Positions 48,730 to 58,233 of a stretch of DNA of 64,000 bases are shown here, piece after piece. The stretch is from Acidobacteriota bacterium (GTDB lineage: Bacteria > Acidobacteriota > UBA890 > WLXD01). The stretch covers positions 352,001-416,000 of the forward strand of contig CAXWPL010000001.1 in assembly GCA_963666215.2 (NCBI GenBank). Reading direction: 5' to 3'. Below the pieces are notes generated by a model. It was not told the origin of the DNA. It was given only the letters and a program-made list of their open reading frames with translations, and did no database searches. Both the position numbers and the translations under genes were made by a program. Position 1 is the first letter of the stretch. Each line of letters begins with the position of its first letter.

Positions 48730-48966
48730 TGGTTCGCTCCATGGCCTGGGGCCGGCGCACGGCGCGACTGCGCCTGGAGCCCGTGGAATCGACGCACCAA
48801 CCGTCACCGCAGAGGTAACTTCGAAGAATCGCACCCGGGCACCCTTCCTGGGCTCGCCATCAACTACTGTCGTCGGCAAAGTTTCGCCAGCGTCGGCCGG
48901 GTCTCGGTCGGAAGCCAAGAAATCGGCGCTACACGAGCACACTCAGGACAACGAAAGGCACTCCTC

Positions 48967-49911
48967 ATGAAAGCTCTCTCCGGGACGCTTCTGGCGCTCC
49001 TGCTGGCAAGCGGCTGCAGCTCGTCCGACACCGACTCCTCCGCTCCGCCTGCAGACGGCGGAACCGGGTCTCCGGAAGGGGCAGCGTCGACCGAAGCCGA
49101 AACATCGAAGCTGGGCGGCTGCATCCTGACGACGCCGATCGGCGACGTGCCTGACGACCTCTATATGGAGAGCGACGTGACGGCGACCGACGCCTACCCG
49201 CCGTTCGACAAGAGCCTCTCGGTCTACGGCATCACGCTTATCGCCCGCAACGAGGCCACCGACGACTTCATGCGTCTGGTCGCCACGGCGATCAAAGAGA
49301 TCTTCCCACGCGACGAGAGCCTCGACCTCGAGACTCAAGCGGAGATTCTGCGCAATCTCTATCGCTACAACACGACGATCCCCGTACCGGTCGGTCGCGA
49401 CATGGAGTTCGTGGAAGAGAATGAAGCCGCCTGGGACCAGACCACCAACCACAACACGGTGTGCGACATCATCATGGAGGGCGTCAACGGCCAGGTGATG
49501 GAAGTCGTCGAGCACATCCTCCACTTCGTCAGCGACGTGGGATTGCACTACACCTTCCCCGACGATTGGGGCATCTCACAGACCTCGACGTTGGCACAGG
49601 CGATGGACCGAGCCGTGGAGCTCGGCTACTACGACGTCGGCGGCTACGACGACATCGACGAACCCGAGGTTCGCCACCGCGTCGAGATTCAGGAGTTCGC
49701 CTACTGGGTCATCTCCACCGCCTGGAACCTGCAGGAGGCCTACGGACCGCAGAACGAGGAGGAGTGGACCATCTCTGACAGCGCCGATCTCGAGGCCAAG
49801 ATGCCCGAGCTCTACGCGATGTACGAACGCACTGTCGGGCGCGCCATGAGGGCTCCGAGCGCCGCAACCCTCGCAGCTATCGGTCCGACGCAAGCGGAAG
49901 AGGGCGAATAG
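48967..49911 (+). CDS. hypothetical lipoprotein with zincin-like EHILH motif
   Basis: AAAGG RBS, MKALSGTLLALLLASGC lipobox, FDKSLSVYGI, MEVVEHILHFV, QEFAYW. Confidence 0.75.
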   Translation: MKALSGTLLALLLASGCSSSDTDSSAPPADGGTGSPEGAASTEAETSKLGGCILTTPIGDVPDDLYMESDVTATDAYPPFDKSLSVYGITLIARNEATDDFMRLVATAIKEIFPRDESLDLETQAEILRNLYRYNTTIPVPVGRDMEFVEENEAAWDQTTNHNTVCDIIMEGVNGQVMEVVEHILHFVSDVGLHYTFPDDWGISQTSTLAQAMDRAVELGYYDVGGYDDIDEPEVRHRVEIQEFAYWVISTAWNLQEAYGPQNEEEWTISDSADLEAKMPELYAMYERTVGRAMRAPSAATLAAIGPTQAEEGE

Positions 49912-50969
49912 TGAAAATCGAGGCTCCTCCACCCACCCAGCGGCCATCCGCTCCGGTCAGCGAAGACCACAATGCGGAGGACCCGCTGCCCCCGAGTTCT
50001 TCAGATCGTGCCCTCCCGCCCTACCTCTGCGTTCTACTCACGCTGCTCATGGCCGCGTGCGGCGGCGCGGAGACGGGAGAAGCCGCACCGGGGGCTGCTC
50101 CTGAGGGAGCCTCGGAGACAACCCCCGAACAAGCGCCCGAAGCTACTCCGGATGCGGCGTCGGACGAAGTGATACCCAACCTCCCGAGCCCGATCGTGTA
50201 CGTGGGCTCGGCCGGGACCGCCGACCAGCTGTTCACGTTCGACCTGACCTCGCGTGTAACCCGCCAGCTCACTTCCCTATCGGGCAATGCTGGCTTCCCG
50301 GTTTGGTCCCCCGACGGCATGCGTATGGTGTTCGTGGTGGCGACGGACGAGTCGGCCGATGTCGTGATCCGCGATGCCGAGTCGGGCGCGACCACGGTGA
50401 TTGTTCGCGGCAACGGCAACCCGGCCGATTGGGGGCCACGTGGTGAGCGACTTCTGATCACCAAGGATGGAAACGACGGCCGCGGACTGTACATCGTCGA
50501 CGTGGCCAGCGGAGCGCAGCAGCGCGTCAACACTGGCAGCTCCGCCGACGCCTACGCGCGCTGGGCCCGAAGCGGTGACGTGATTGCCTACGAATCGGGC
50601 AGAGACGGCAACCCGGAGATCTACATCACCCGGCTCGATGCCAGCGGGGCCGGCGGCGAGACCACCCGGCTCACCAACAACACCGACCTCGACGAGTGGC
50701 CCTCGCTATCGCACGACGGCAGTCACATCGCTTGGGCCTCGGGCAACGAGGAGGAAAAGGACCTCTGGGTGATGCGCATCGACGGCACCGACAAGAGGCA
50801 GATCAGCCGCGGGTTGTTGTTCGGCGACGCCTTTGCCGAATGGTCGCCGGACGGAACGCAGATCTTGATGACCGTGCTCGAGGACGATTCCTTCGTCCTC
50901 AAGCTTATTCAAGTGGGCAATGGCAAGGTCGCCCACATCGGCGACGGAACAGCGCCGTCCTGGCACTAG
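49911..50969 (+). CDS. TolB-like PD40 beta-propeller lipoprotein
   Basis: LMAAC lipobox, PVWSPDG, IAYESGRDGNPEIY, RLTNN..DEWPS, WSPDG, C-terminal PSW. Confidence 0.85.
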   Translation: MKIEAPPPTQRPSAPVSEDHNAEDPLPPSSSDRALPPYLCVLLTLLMAACGGAETGEAAPGAAPEGASETTPEQAPEATPDAASDEVIPNLPSPIVYVGSAGTADQLFTFDLTSRVTRQLTSLSGNAGFPVWSPDGMRMVFVVATDESADVVIRDAESGATTVIVRGNGNPADWGPRGERLLITKDGNDGRGLYIVDVASGAQQRVNTGSSADAYARWARSGDVIAYESGRDGNPEIYITRLDASGAGGETTRLTNNTDLDEWPSLSHDGSHIAWASGNEEEKDLWVMRIDGTDKRQISRGLLFGDAFAEWSPDGTQILMTVLEDDSFVLKLIQVGNGKVAHIGDGTAPSWH

Positions 50970-51056
50970 AGCCACGCCCGGCGCGAGCTCTGCGCCGGAA
51001 CGCAGTGAAGAGTGGGGCAATTCGTGACTGACCGAGATTGCGTGACGAACAACACG

Positions 51057-52388
51057 ATGAGCAGGCGACTCAGACCGTCGGCCGCTTTTCTCCTTGCAGC
51101 ATCGCTGATGGTCGGCGCGCAACCGGCCGCTGGTCAGTGGACGCCGCTGAAGCGCGGCAGCGACAACATCGAAGTAGTGTCGCACATCCCGCTCGGACCG
51201 CGACTGAGCGTTGCCGACATCGAGCTCGAGCAGGAGCTGTCGCGGCCCTACGTCTACGTCGCGCGCATGGTGTACGGCGAGGTGGGCGAGAAGGGCGTCG
51301 ACATCATCAGTATCGAGAACCCCGAGCGCCCGAAGGTCATCTACCGGTGGCGCATCGAGGATCAAGATCTGCACGTCGGCAGTGGTGGCATGGACGTGAA
51401 GTATTTCGTGTGGAACAACCGCTACTACGTTGTTCAGTCGCTGCAGTTCAACCAGGGCGGGCCGAACACCGATCTCGGCGCCGTTGTGCTCGACGTCACC
51501 GGACTGCCCGACCCCGCCGCGGTGCGCGAGGTGGCCCGCATTCGCGCGCCTGAACAGCCGCGCGGCTTCCACAAGATCTTCATCTACAAGCACTCGAACG
51601 GCCGGGTGCTGCTGTTTGCCACTACCGAGGACTCCGCGGTGAACGTCTACGACCTGGGCCATGTGGTCGACGGCGCGATGGACAACGCGCTCGTCGCGAG
51701 GGTCCCCGCCGGCCCCTCGGCCGGCGCCTTCTCCAGCTACCACCACATGTACGTCGGCTACCACGTTGACAGCCAACAAGACCGCTTCTACGGGGCGGGC
51801 TCCGGCGGCTACTACGTCTACGACGTCACCGACCTCGAGGCGCCGTCGTTGCTGGTGTCGCTGGTGGGAATCGAGGGCGTGAAGAGCGGACACACCTTTA
51901 CGCCAACCCCCGATGGTCGTTACGTCGTCGCCGAGAGCGAGTACCGCTACGCACCGCTACGCATCTTCGACCTCAAGCCGGGGCTCGACGGCGAGGTCTC
52001 GAATGTCTCCGTGCCGATCGCGGCCTGGACCGCCGACTGGAACTACCTCGTCCACAACCACGAGATCCGCTGGCCGTTCGTCTTCGTCTCGGGCTACATG
52101 GACGGGCTGCAGATCTTCAGCCTCATGGACCCGTTCAACCCCGTCACGGTGGGCTACTACGACACCTACGTCGGCCCGATCAACCACGAGCCCGACGTCT
52201 ACCCCACCGACAACGGCGCCTTCGGCGTAGACGTCCGCAATGCCGACGGCCTCATCGTCGTCAGCGACATGACCACCGGTTTCTGGGCCTTCCGCATGGA
52301 AGCGTTCCAGGGCTGGAACGGCGACGACTGGGGAGTTCCCGACGTCTCGAGCTCGCAGAACTGGACCGACGGTCCGCAGCAGAGATGA
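51057..52388 (+). CDS. secreted LVIVD-repeat beta-propeller protein
   Basis: Signal peptide. Repeats GVDIISIENPERP, VVLDVT, YYVYDVTD..AP, GLQIF...DP.NP..VGYYDT. Several His pairs (FHK, YHH, GHT, VHNH). Confidence 0.75.
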   Translation: MSRRLRPSAAFLLAASLMVGAQPAAGQWTPLKRGSDNIEVVSHIPLGPRLSVADIELEQELSRPYVYVARMVYGEVGEKGVDIISIENPERPKVIYRWRIEDQDLHVGSGGMDVKYFVWNNRYYVVQSLQFNQGGPNTDLGAVVLDVTGLPDPAAVREVARIRAPEQPRGFHKIFIYKHSNGRVLLFATTEDSAVNVYDLGHVVDGAMDNALVARVPAGPSAGAFSSYHHMYVGYHVDSQQDRFYGAGSGGYYVYDVTDLEAPSLLVSLVGIEGVKSGHTFTPTPDGRYVVAESEYRYAPLRIFDLKPGLDGEVSNVSVPIAAWTADWNYLVHNHEIRWPFVFVSGYMDGLQIFSLMDPFNPVTVGYYDTYVGPINHEPDVYPTDNGAFGVDVRNADGLIVVSDMTTGFWAFRMEAFQGWNGDDWGVPDVSSSQNWTDGPQQR

Positions 52389-52528
52389 GCGCCCCGAAGG
52401 CGAGACCGGGCCGGCCGAGCCGCTCTCGAGCCAGAGTTGCGTGCCGTTCGAGCGTGCGGAGTCGGGCGGCGATACCCAATAGCATAGGGCCAGTTCGCCG
52501 CAGCGCTCGTGGGCGGGAGTAGACCGAT

Positions 52529-53833
52529 TTGGCCGGACTGGCGGGTCATAGAACGCTGATCGCGACGGCGGGCATCATCGCGGCCGCCGCCGGCTTTTTG
52601 GCGCTGCTCGAGAGTGTCACCTACACCACTGGCCCTGCCACGCTCGGTGTCATGGTCACCAGCCTCGTTGTGGTCGCCCTGGCCTGGCAATCACGCCGCA
52701 TGATTGCCGGGCCCCGCGGCGAGTGCATCGGAAACCTGTGGCTGGCGGCGGTGTCGGGAATCAGCTTCTTCGTGGTGTTCGACCTCGTCGCGGGCGCTCT
52801 TCTTCTGCCGCGGCTCCCGCCCAAGGGCCTCGCCGATCCTGTCATCCACCACCGGCTCATTCCGAGCTCAGTCTCGGAGTATCGCGACCCCGAGTTCAGC
52901 TACGACCAGCATGTGAACTCGCTTGGCCTGCGTGGCCCCGAAGTATCCCGCGCCAAGCCAGCCGGGGATTACCGCATTCTTGTGCTCGGTGATTCCTTCG
53001 CCCTGGGGGTTGGCGTCGCCGACGACGAATCCTTCGCGGCGTTACTCCCAACTCGATTGCGAGCTGTGGACGGTCGTCGCGTACAGGTTCTGAACGCCGG
53101 TGTCAGCAGCTACGCGCCGATTCTTTCTTATCTGCAGCTCACCACAGAGCTCGGCGATCTCGGAGCCGACCTGGTTGTGCTGGCCTTGGACGTGAGCGAT
53201 TTGTTGCAGGAGCACGTATATCGCCAGGTCGCGAGCTTCGACAGCCAAGGGCTGCCGGTCAGCGTGGCAGCGCCGACGGCGCCGGGGAAACCTTCCTTGC
53301 GGATTCGCGAGTGGCTGTTCGAACACACGTATCTCACCAGGCTAGGGCTGTTTCTCCAGCGTCGAGCAATGGAATCGGACCGCCTCACCGTCGAGGAGGC
53401 GGTGACGATGACCAACCCGGAGTTGCTGGCGCACACTCTTGCCAACGACGCCACGGATCGCACGCAGCAATGGGACGCCGTGTTCGCGAGCATCGACGCA
53501 CTGCGTAACGCCGCGGTCCGAATCGGGGCCGACTTCGTGATGACGGTGCATCCGTGGGGCCATCAGGTGGACGATCAGGAGTGGATACCGGGCCGCTGGA
53601 AGTTCATTCCCCGCGATGCGGAGGTATCGGATCGAAGCCTCGAAACCATTCGCGCCCGCGCCGCCACGCTGAACATCAACCTGGTCGACACCGTGCCAGC
53701 GTTCCGCGAGTACTCCGGCGACGAGCAGCTCTATTTCAGCCTCGACATGCACTTCACGACGACGGGACATCGACTGTTCGCCGACGTTCTGGCCAATCAC
53801 CTGGCGACTCGCTCCGACCTCGCGCTTCAGTAG
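52529..53833 (+). CDS. membrane-anchored SGNH/GDSL hydrolase-like protein
   Basis: N-terminal TM helices, NSLGLRG, ILVLGDSFA.G.GV, VLNAGVSSY, DMHFT..GH. Confidence 0.85.
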   Translation: MAGLAGHRTLIATAGIIAAAAGFLALLESVTYTTGPATLGVMVTSLVVVALAWQSRRMIAGPRGECIGNLWLAAVSGISFFVVFDLVAGALLLPRLPPKGLADPVIHHRLIPSSVSEYRDPEFSYDQHVNSLGLRGPEVSRAKPAGDYRILVLGDSFALGVGVADDESFAALLPTRLRAVDGRRVQVLNAGVSSYAPILSYLQLTTELGDLGADLVVLALDVSDLLQEHVYRQVASFDSQGLPVSVAAPTAPGKPSLRIREWLFEHTYLTRLGLFLQRRAMESDRLTVEEAVTMTNPELLAHTLANDATDRTQQWDAVFASIDALRNAAVRIGADFVMTVHPWGHQVDDQEWIPGRWKFIPRDAEVSDRSLETIRARAATLNINLVDTVPAFREYSGDEQLYFSLDMHFTTTGHRLFADVLANHLATRSDLALQ

Positions 53834-53891
53834 CCTGGAGCGGGTTGTCGCCGCGGCCGGCGGCTCGCTGTTCGACCAGGAACCGATCGAC

Positions 53892-56442
53892 TCAGCGACC
53901 GGCCGCCTGTCGGGTCACCCGCCGCAACCGTTCGGCAAGGGTCGCCAGCAGTGGCCCGGACACCCGCGCCCGGTGCAGCAAGCGTCGGCGGAACGATTGG
54001 CCGGAGATCCGCAGCACGCGGATTGGGCCGCCTTTCGGATAAACGCTGGCGCTGCGGGTGCTGTCGTCGAGCACCGCGAGCTCGCCAATGACCTCGCCCG
54101 GGCCGAGCACCGCGACCTCTCGCTCGGTATCGCCGGCGTCGTCTCTTGGCGCGGATCGCAGCCGCACCGAGACCTGGCCTTCCAGGAGAACGAAGACGTC
54201 GGAGTCGTTATCGCCCTCGCGACACACGATCGCGTCGCCGCCGAACATCTCTTCCGCGGTAAGAGAGCCGAGCTCGTGCAGGTCCTCGGGGTCGAGCTCG
54301 GCGAACAGGGGCACCAGCCGCAGGTACTGCATCCGCCTCGATCGTCGACAGACCGGAGAGGCCACCTTCCAGCGTGGCAATCGGGGCGCCACCGTCAGTG
54401 GGTCGACCCGCCCGGCGTCCGGCGTGATCAGCGGTCTCGCGCACCAGCTCGGAGCTGTCCTCGGCAGCCCGATCGAGGAGTGGTCGAGCCCGCTCACCAA
54501 GCACGTTCCCGGCCGCCCACACGGCGGCGGCGCGCTGATAGGGGTCGGCGCCGACGGCCAGGCGTTCCAGCTGCTGGACGGCGATCTCGATGTCGGCAAC
54601 CTCGCCCGCGAGGCCGGTCGGGGCCTCGAGGAGAGGTTCGAGCTCGCTGGCGAACGCGGCAATCTCGGGACTCTGGGCCACGAGCCACTGCAGCCCGTCG
54701 CGCCTGGCTTCCCCGTCGTCGAGGTCGAGCTCAGTTCGCGGGGCCGGGATGTCCACCTCCTTGCCGGCGACCTCGAGGAGCTCGAGGACGCGCGCCACCG
54801 CGCCGTCACGCGCGCGCAACAACAGCGACGCGAGAAAGTCCACAGCGTCGTCGGGCGTCACGTGGGTCCGAAGAGTCACCAGGTCCGCTTGGATCTCTCT
54901 GGCCCGAGCAAGCTGTGCGTTGGCGCGCGTCAGCAGGCCCCCTGCCCGACCTCGGATGCCGGTCATCAGCGCCTTGTGGGCGTCGTCATCCACGCCGAAC
55001 TCCCGCCGCAGCGCGTCGATCTCGTCGGCTGGGGCGTGGCGCAGCAGTGCCTCGGTGAGCGCCACCTCGTAGCCCCGCAGCTGGGCGCGCTCCTCGATGC
55101 CGCGGCCGCTCTCGCGGGAGAACAGCTCGCGCTCCTCGGCACTCAAACGCTCGAGCATGCGCTCATGCTCGCGTTCGCCGATGCCGAGCTACTGGCGAAC
55201 CCCCTCGAGCAAACGCAACTCTCCAGCGGTAACGAGTCCGTCGGCGATCATCTCGCGAACGGTGCTTTCATAGGCCGCCAGGTGCTGGTCGCGAGCGTGC
55301 TCGCCGGCCTTGATCCAGGCGTAGACCTCGCGCGGGTCTTCCGGTGGTGGCTTGTCGAACGGCCAGTTGCGCAGGAGTCGGGTGGCGCCGCGCTCGCCGA
55401 TGAAGTGCTCACGCGTGCGTCGCCAGCGCTTCGCCAGAACGATCGTGGCCAGCGCCGGCGCCAAGAACGCCACGATGCGGGCACCGCCGGAGATCCGCCG
55501 CAGGCTCGGGGCGCCGGCGAAGAAATAGAACGAGCTGAAGGCCGCGAACGCCGCGAGCGCGAGCATCACGTGCCTGCGGCGCTCGAGCTGCGGCAGCCGC
55601 CGCGATACCAGCTTCTCGAGCACACAAAACGCGCCGTAGCTGACCGCCGAGAACACGAGCAGGGTCAGCGGCGCCGCCAACAGCGCCGGCACCCGGGGAG
55701 CGAAGAAGAACCCGGCACCCGTCACGAGATCGGCGTCCACGGGGGCGAGCGTCCAGCGTCCAGCGAAGTACGCTTCCCAGTCGCCGGCTCGCAGCCAATA
55801 GTAGGTGTAGAAAGCGAGAACCAAGCCGGGAAAGCTGTAGGTGGCAATGCGGCGCTGGCGACTGGTGAGGTCGCGCCAGAAGGCGTTCTCCTGATCGATG
55901 TCGGGGCAGTTCTTCTTGCAGGCCGAACAGCGCACACACTGCGAGTTACCCGCGGCCCGCAGCGAGTTCGGCTCGGTATAGATGCGCTCGACCACGCCCA
56001 CAGGGCAAAAGAAATTGCACCAGGTCTTGCCCGTAAACCAAAGGTTCACCAACGCCGCCGACAGAGCCAGCCCGACAAGCCAGCCCGATAGCCACACCGC
56101 GTCGCCGTTCGTCGCCAGCAACCGGAAGGCCAACCCCGCCAGAAGGACACCGAACATCACCACGAAGAACGAGCGCTCGAGAACCTCGGGAACGCGACGT
56201 TGTGTGCCGCGATTCAAGGCCCGCCCGATGTCGCCGAACCAAGCGAGCGGGCAGACCTGCCGCCAGTTGGCGTATCCCATCAGAACGACCGCCACCGGCA
56301 ACAGGGGCAACAAGATCGTCCAGAACAGCCGCGGCTGCCAGGGCGCCAGGAATCCGAGGACGACCACGCCCACGTATCCCACAACGAGCACGGCTCGGGC
56401 CGCGTGTTGTCCTCGGGTCGGCCCTACCACGGGAGCGGCCAA
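53892..56442 (-). pseudogene. membrane 4Fe-4S-binding / HEAT / cNMP-binding multidomain gene, interrupted by an in-frame TAG (55189-55191) and a 1-nt frameshift (~54336)
   Basis: WRQVCPL, WCNFFCP, CVRCSACKKNCP, many TM helices, HEAT-like DPYQRAAAVWA, and cNMP domain LRLVPLFAEL...GEVIGELAVLD..TRSASV. Confidence 0.75.
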
Positions 56443-56474
56443 GCGCCTTCAGCCTCGTGGCCGGTGGTGCGGCA

Positions 56475-57170
56475 TCATCGGCGCGGTACGAACGTCCGCA
56501 GGCTGCGCAGAAACTTCACCAGTGACTCCTGCTCGGCCGCCGGTAGCGCCACGTACGCGTCGCGTGACTCCTGCGCCTCGCTACGGCCGGCCTCGCCGCC
56601 GGCGGGCGGTTCGTCCTCGCCGTGCAGCAGGACCGCCTCTTCGAGGCTTCCGGCGCGACCGTCGTGCAACCACGGGCCCGTGTTACCGACCCCCCAGAGC
56701 TCCGGTGTCAGGAATGTATCGGGGGCAACGACGATGGGCTCGCCGTTGTGCTCAACCGGCGCCGTCGGCCCACCACGATCGGCGAGATGGCGCCCCATCG
56801 CGTGGCGCTTCAGGTCGCCGTAGAGCCGGACAGTCGCACCACCCCCGGAGTCTCCCTGGAGGCGAGGCTCATCGCCGGCCTCGAGCACGTCGAATCGCGC
56901 CGGCCGCTCGGGATCGTAGCCAATGCCCGCCGCGGCAAGCCGAGTGTTGTAGTAGTTGCCGTTGCCGCGCAGCGTCGGCTCCTCGAAGACGGTGTTGTTG
57001 AGCCGCATCTCCGGAACATGGCACGAGGCGCAGCCAATGCTCTCGAATGTAGCTCGACCCTGTTCGATCGCAGCGGCGTCTGCCGCGGCGATCGGCGCCA
57101 CGTAGCCCCTCTCTACCAGCGCCGACAGCTCCTGCGGGGTTTCCTGGCCGGCGTTGTAGATCACCAGCGC
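56475..57170 (-). pseudogene. C-terminal fragment of a di-heme oxidoreductase (DHOR/thiol oxidoreductase-like)
   Basis: GRATFESIGCASCH.P, YGDLKRHAMG, TPELWGVG..GPWLHDGRA.SLEEAVLLHG, FLRSL. No N-terminal half. Confidence 0.75.
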
Positions 57171-57354
57171 CGTGCCAGCGCCGTGCGGCGGCACAGGTCG
57201 GTCGCTCAGGAGCCGTTTCTCGAGCGCGTCGAGCGCGGTTTCAGCGCGCCATCGTTCGCTGCGTCGGGCCAGCCATAAGGAGCGCATTGCGCGAGCCAGC
57301 AGCAGTCTGAGGCCGAGGAATATGCAGCACAAGCGGGTCGTCGTAGGCACTGTC

Positions 57355-58155
57355 CTGGAAAGGCAGGCCGAGGTTGTTCCACGGCGCGTCCTCCAGCGCA
57401 CGGTGCGAGGCTCGCAGGACCCCTCGGTGATGTAGTGCGAAGTGCCGTCGGAATCGACCTCTTCGAGCAGAACGTGCAGATCCACGTCGCCGGTCGAGGA
57501 GTCGACCCACAGCGTCGCCACCGGGTGGCCGGTCACCGTGGTGTCGGTCGCCAGCGGCTCGCTGGTGTACGTCAGCGCCAGGAGATCGTTGTCTCGTAGG
57601 AGCCCCCCCACATGCCGATGTTGCCGTCGCTCCAGCTCTGCCGCGTGATCCACTCCATCACGTCGTAGGCGTCGCGAGTCTCCGAAGGTGAAAAGAGGCC
57701 CTCGTAGCGACCGTACGACGCGCCACTGCCGCGAACACCAACCCCACTAAGACGTAGCCGTGCCGCAACAGGCGCTGCAGCGTTGGCGATACGTCGACAA
57801 AGCTGATCGTCGGGACAACTCCGCCGTCGCTGTCGGCCGCCGCCGCCGCCATGGCCGCTGGCGTTCGGTGATATCGGGAATGTGTCCAGATCACCGGAAG
57901 CGGCTCGTCGGTAGGTGCCCCCGCCATCGTCGGACGCACGATGTCGACGGCCAGCTTCGTGCCGTCGCGCACCTCCAAGTACTGCGAGCTCCGCACCCAG
58001 CCGTCGAAACGCTCCTCGGAGTAACCCTCGTAGACACCGAACTCCGAGACCCGCCCGTCGGAAACCTCGGGAACTTCAGACTCGCCAACACCACCGCAAG
58101 CCGCTCCCATCGAGAGCAAGGGCGACAGCCCGCATGTCTGGATTCGTTTTCTCAT
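57355..58155 (-). pseudogene. CocE/NonD hydrolase remnant with large internal deletion and frameshifts
   Basis: RDGTKLAVDIVRP, HGY, then after a shift VRGSGASYG...WSDGNIGMWGGSY joined directly to the C-domain LTYTSEPL....VTGHP...ITEG.LRASHR. Confidence 0.75.
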
Positions 58156-58233
58156 CTCCTCCTCTCCGTGCGGGCAACCCGTTGTCGACGCGCCCTTGGC
58201 CGCCACAGCGACGCCGTCGCTGTTCGCCGCCGG

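Noticed and set aside
14305-55191. Genome-wide TAG reassignment (alternative genetic code or pyrrolysine)
   Set aside because: TAG ends many genes at their natural C-termini (22914, 29776, 50969, 62974), and no pyl genes or suppressor tRNA are visible in this window.
54058-56091. 677-aa plus-strand ORF
   Set aside because: Antisense shadow. Its continuity across 55189 merely mirrors the single minus-strand frame.
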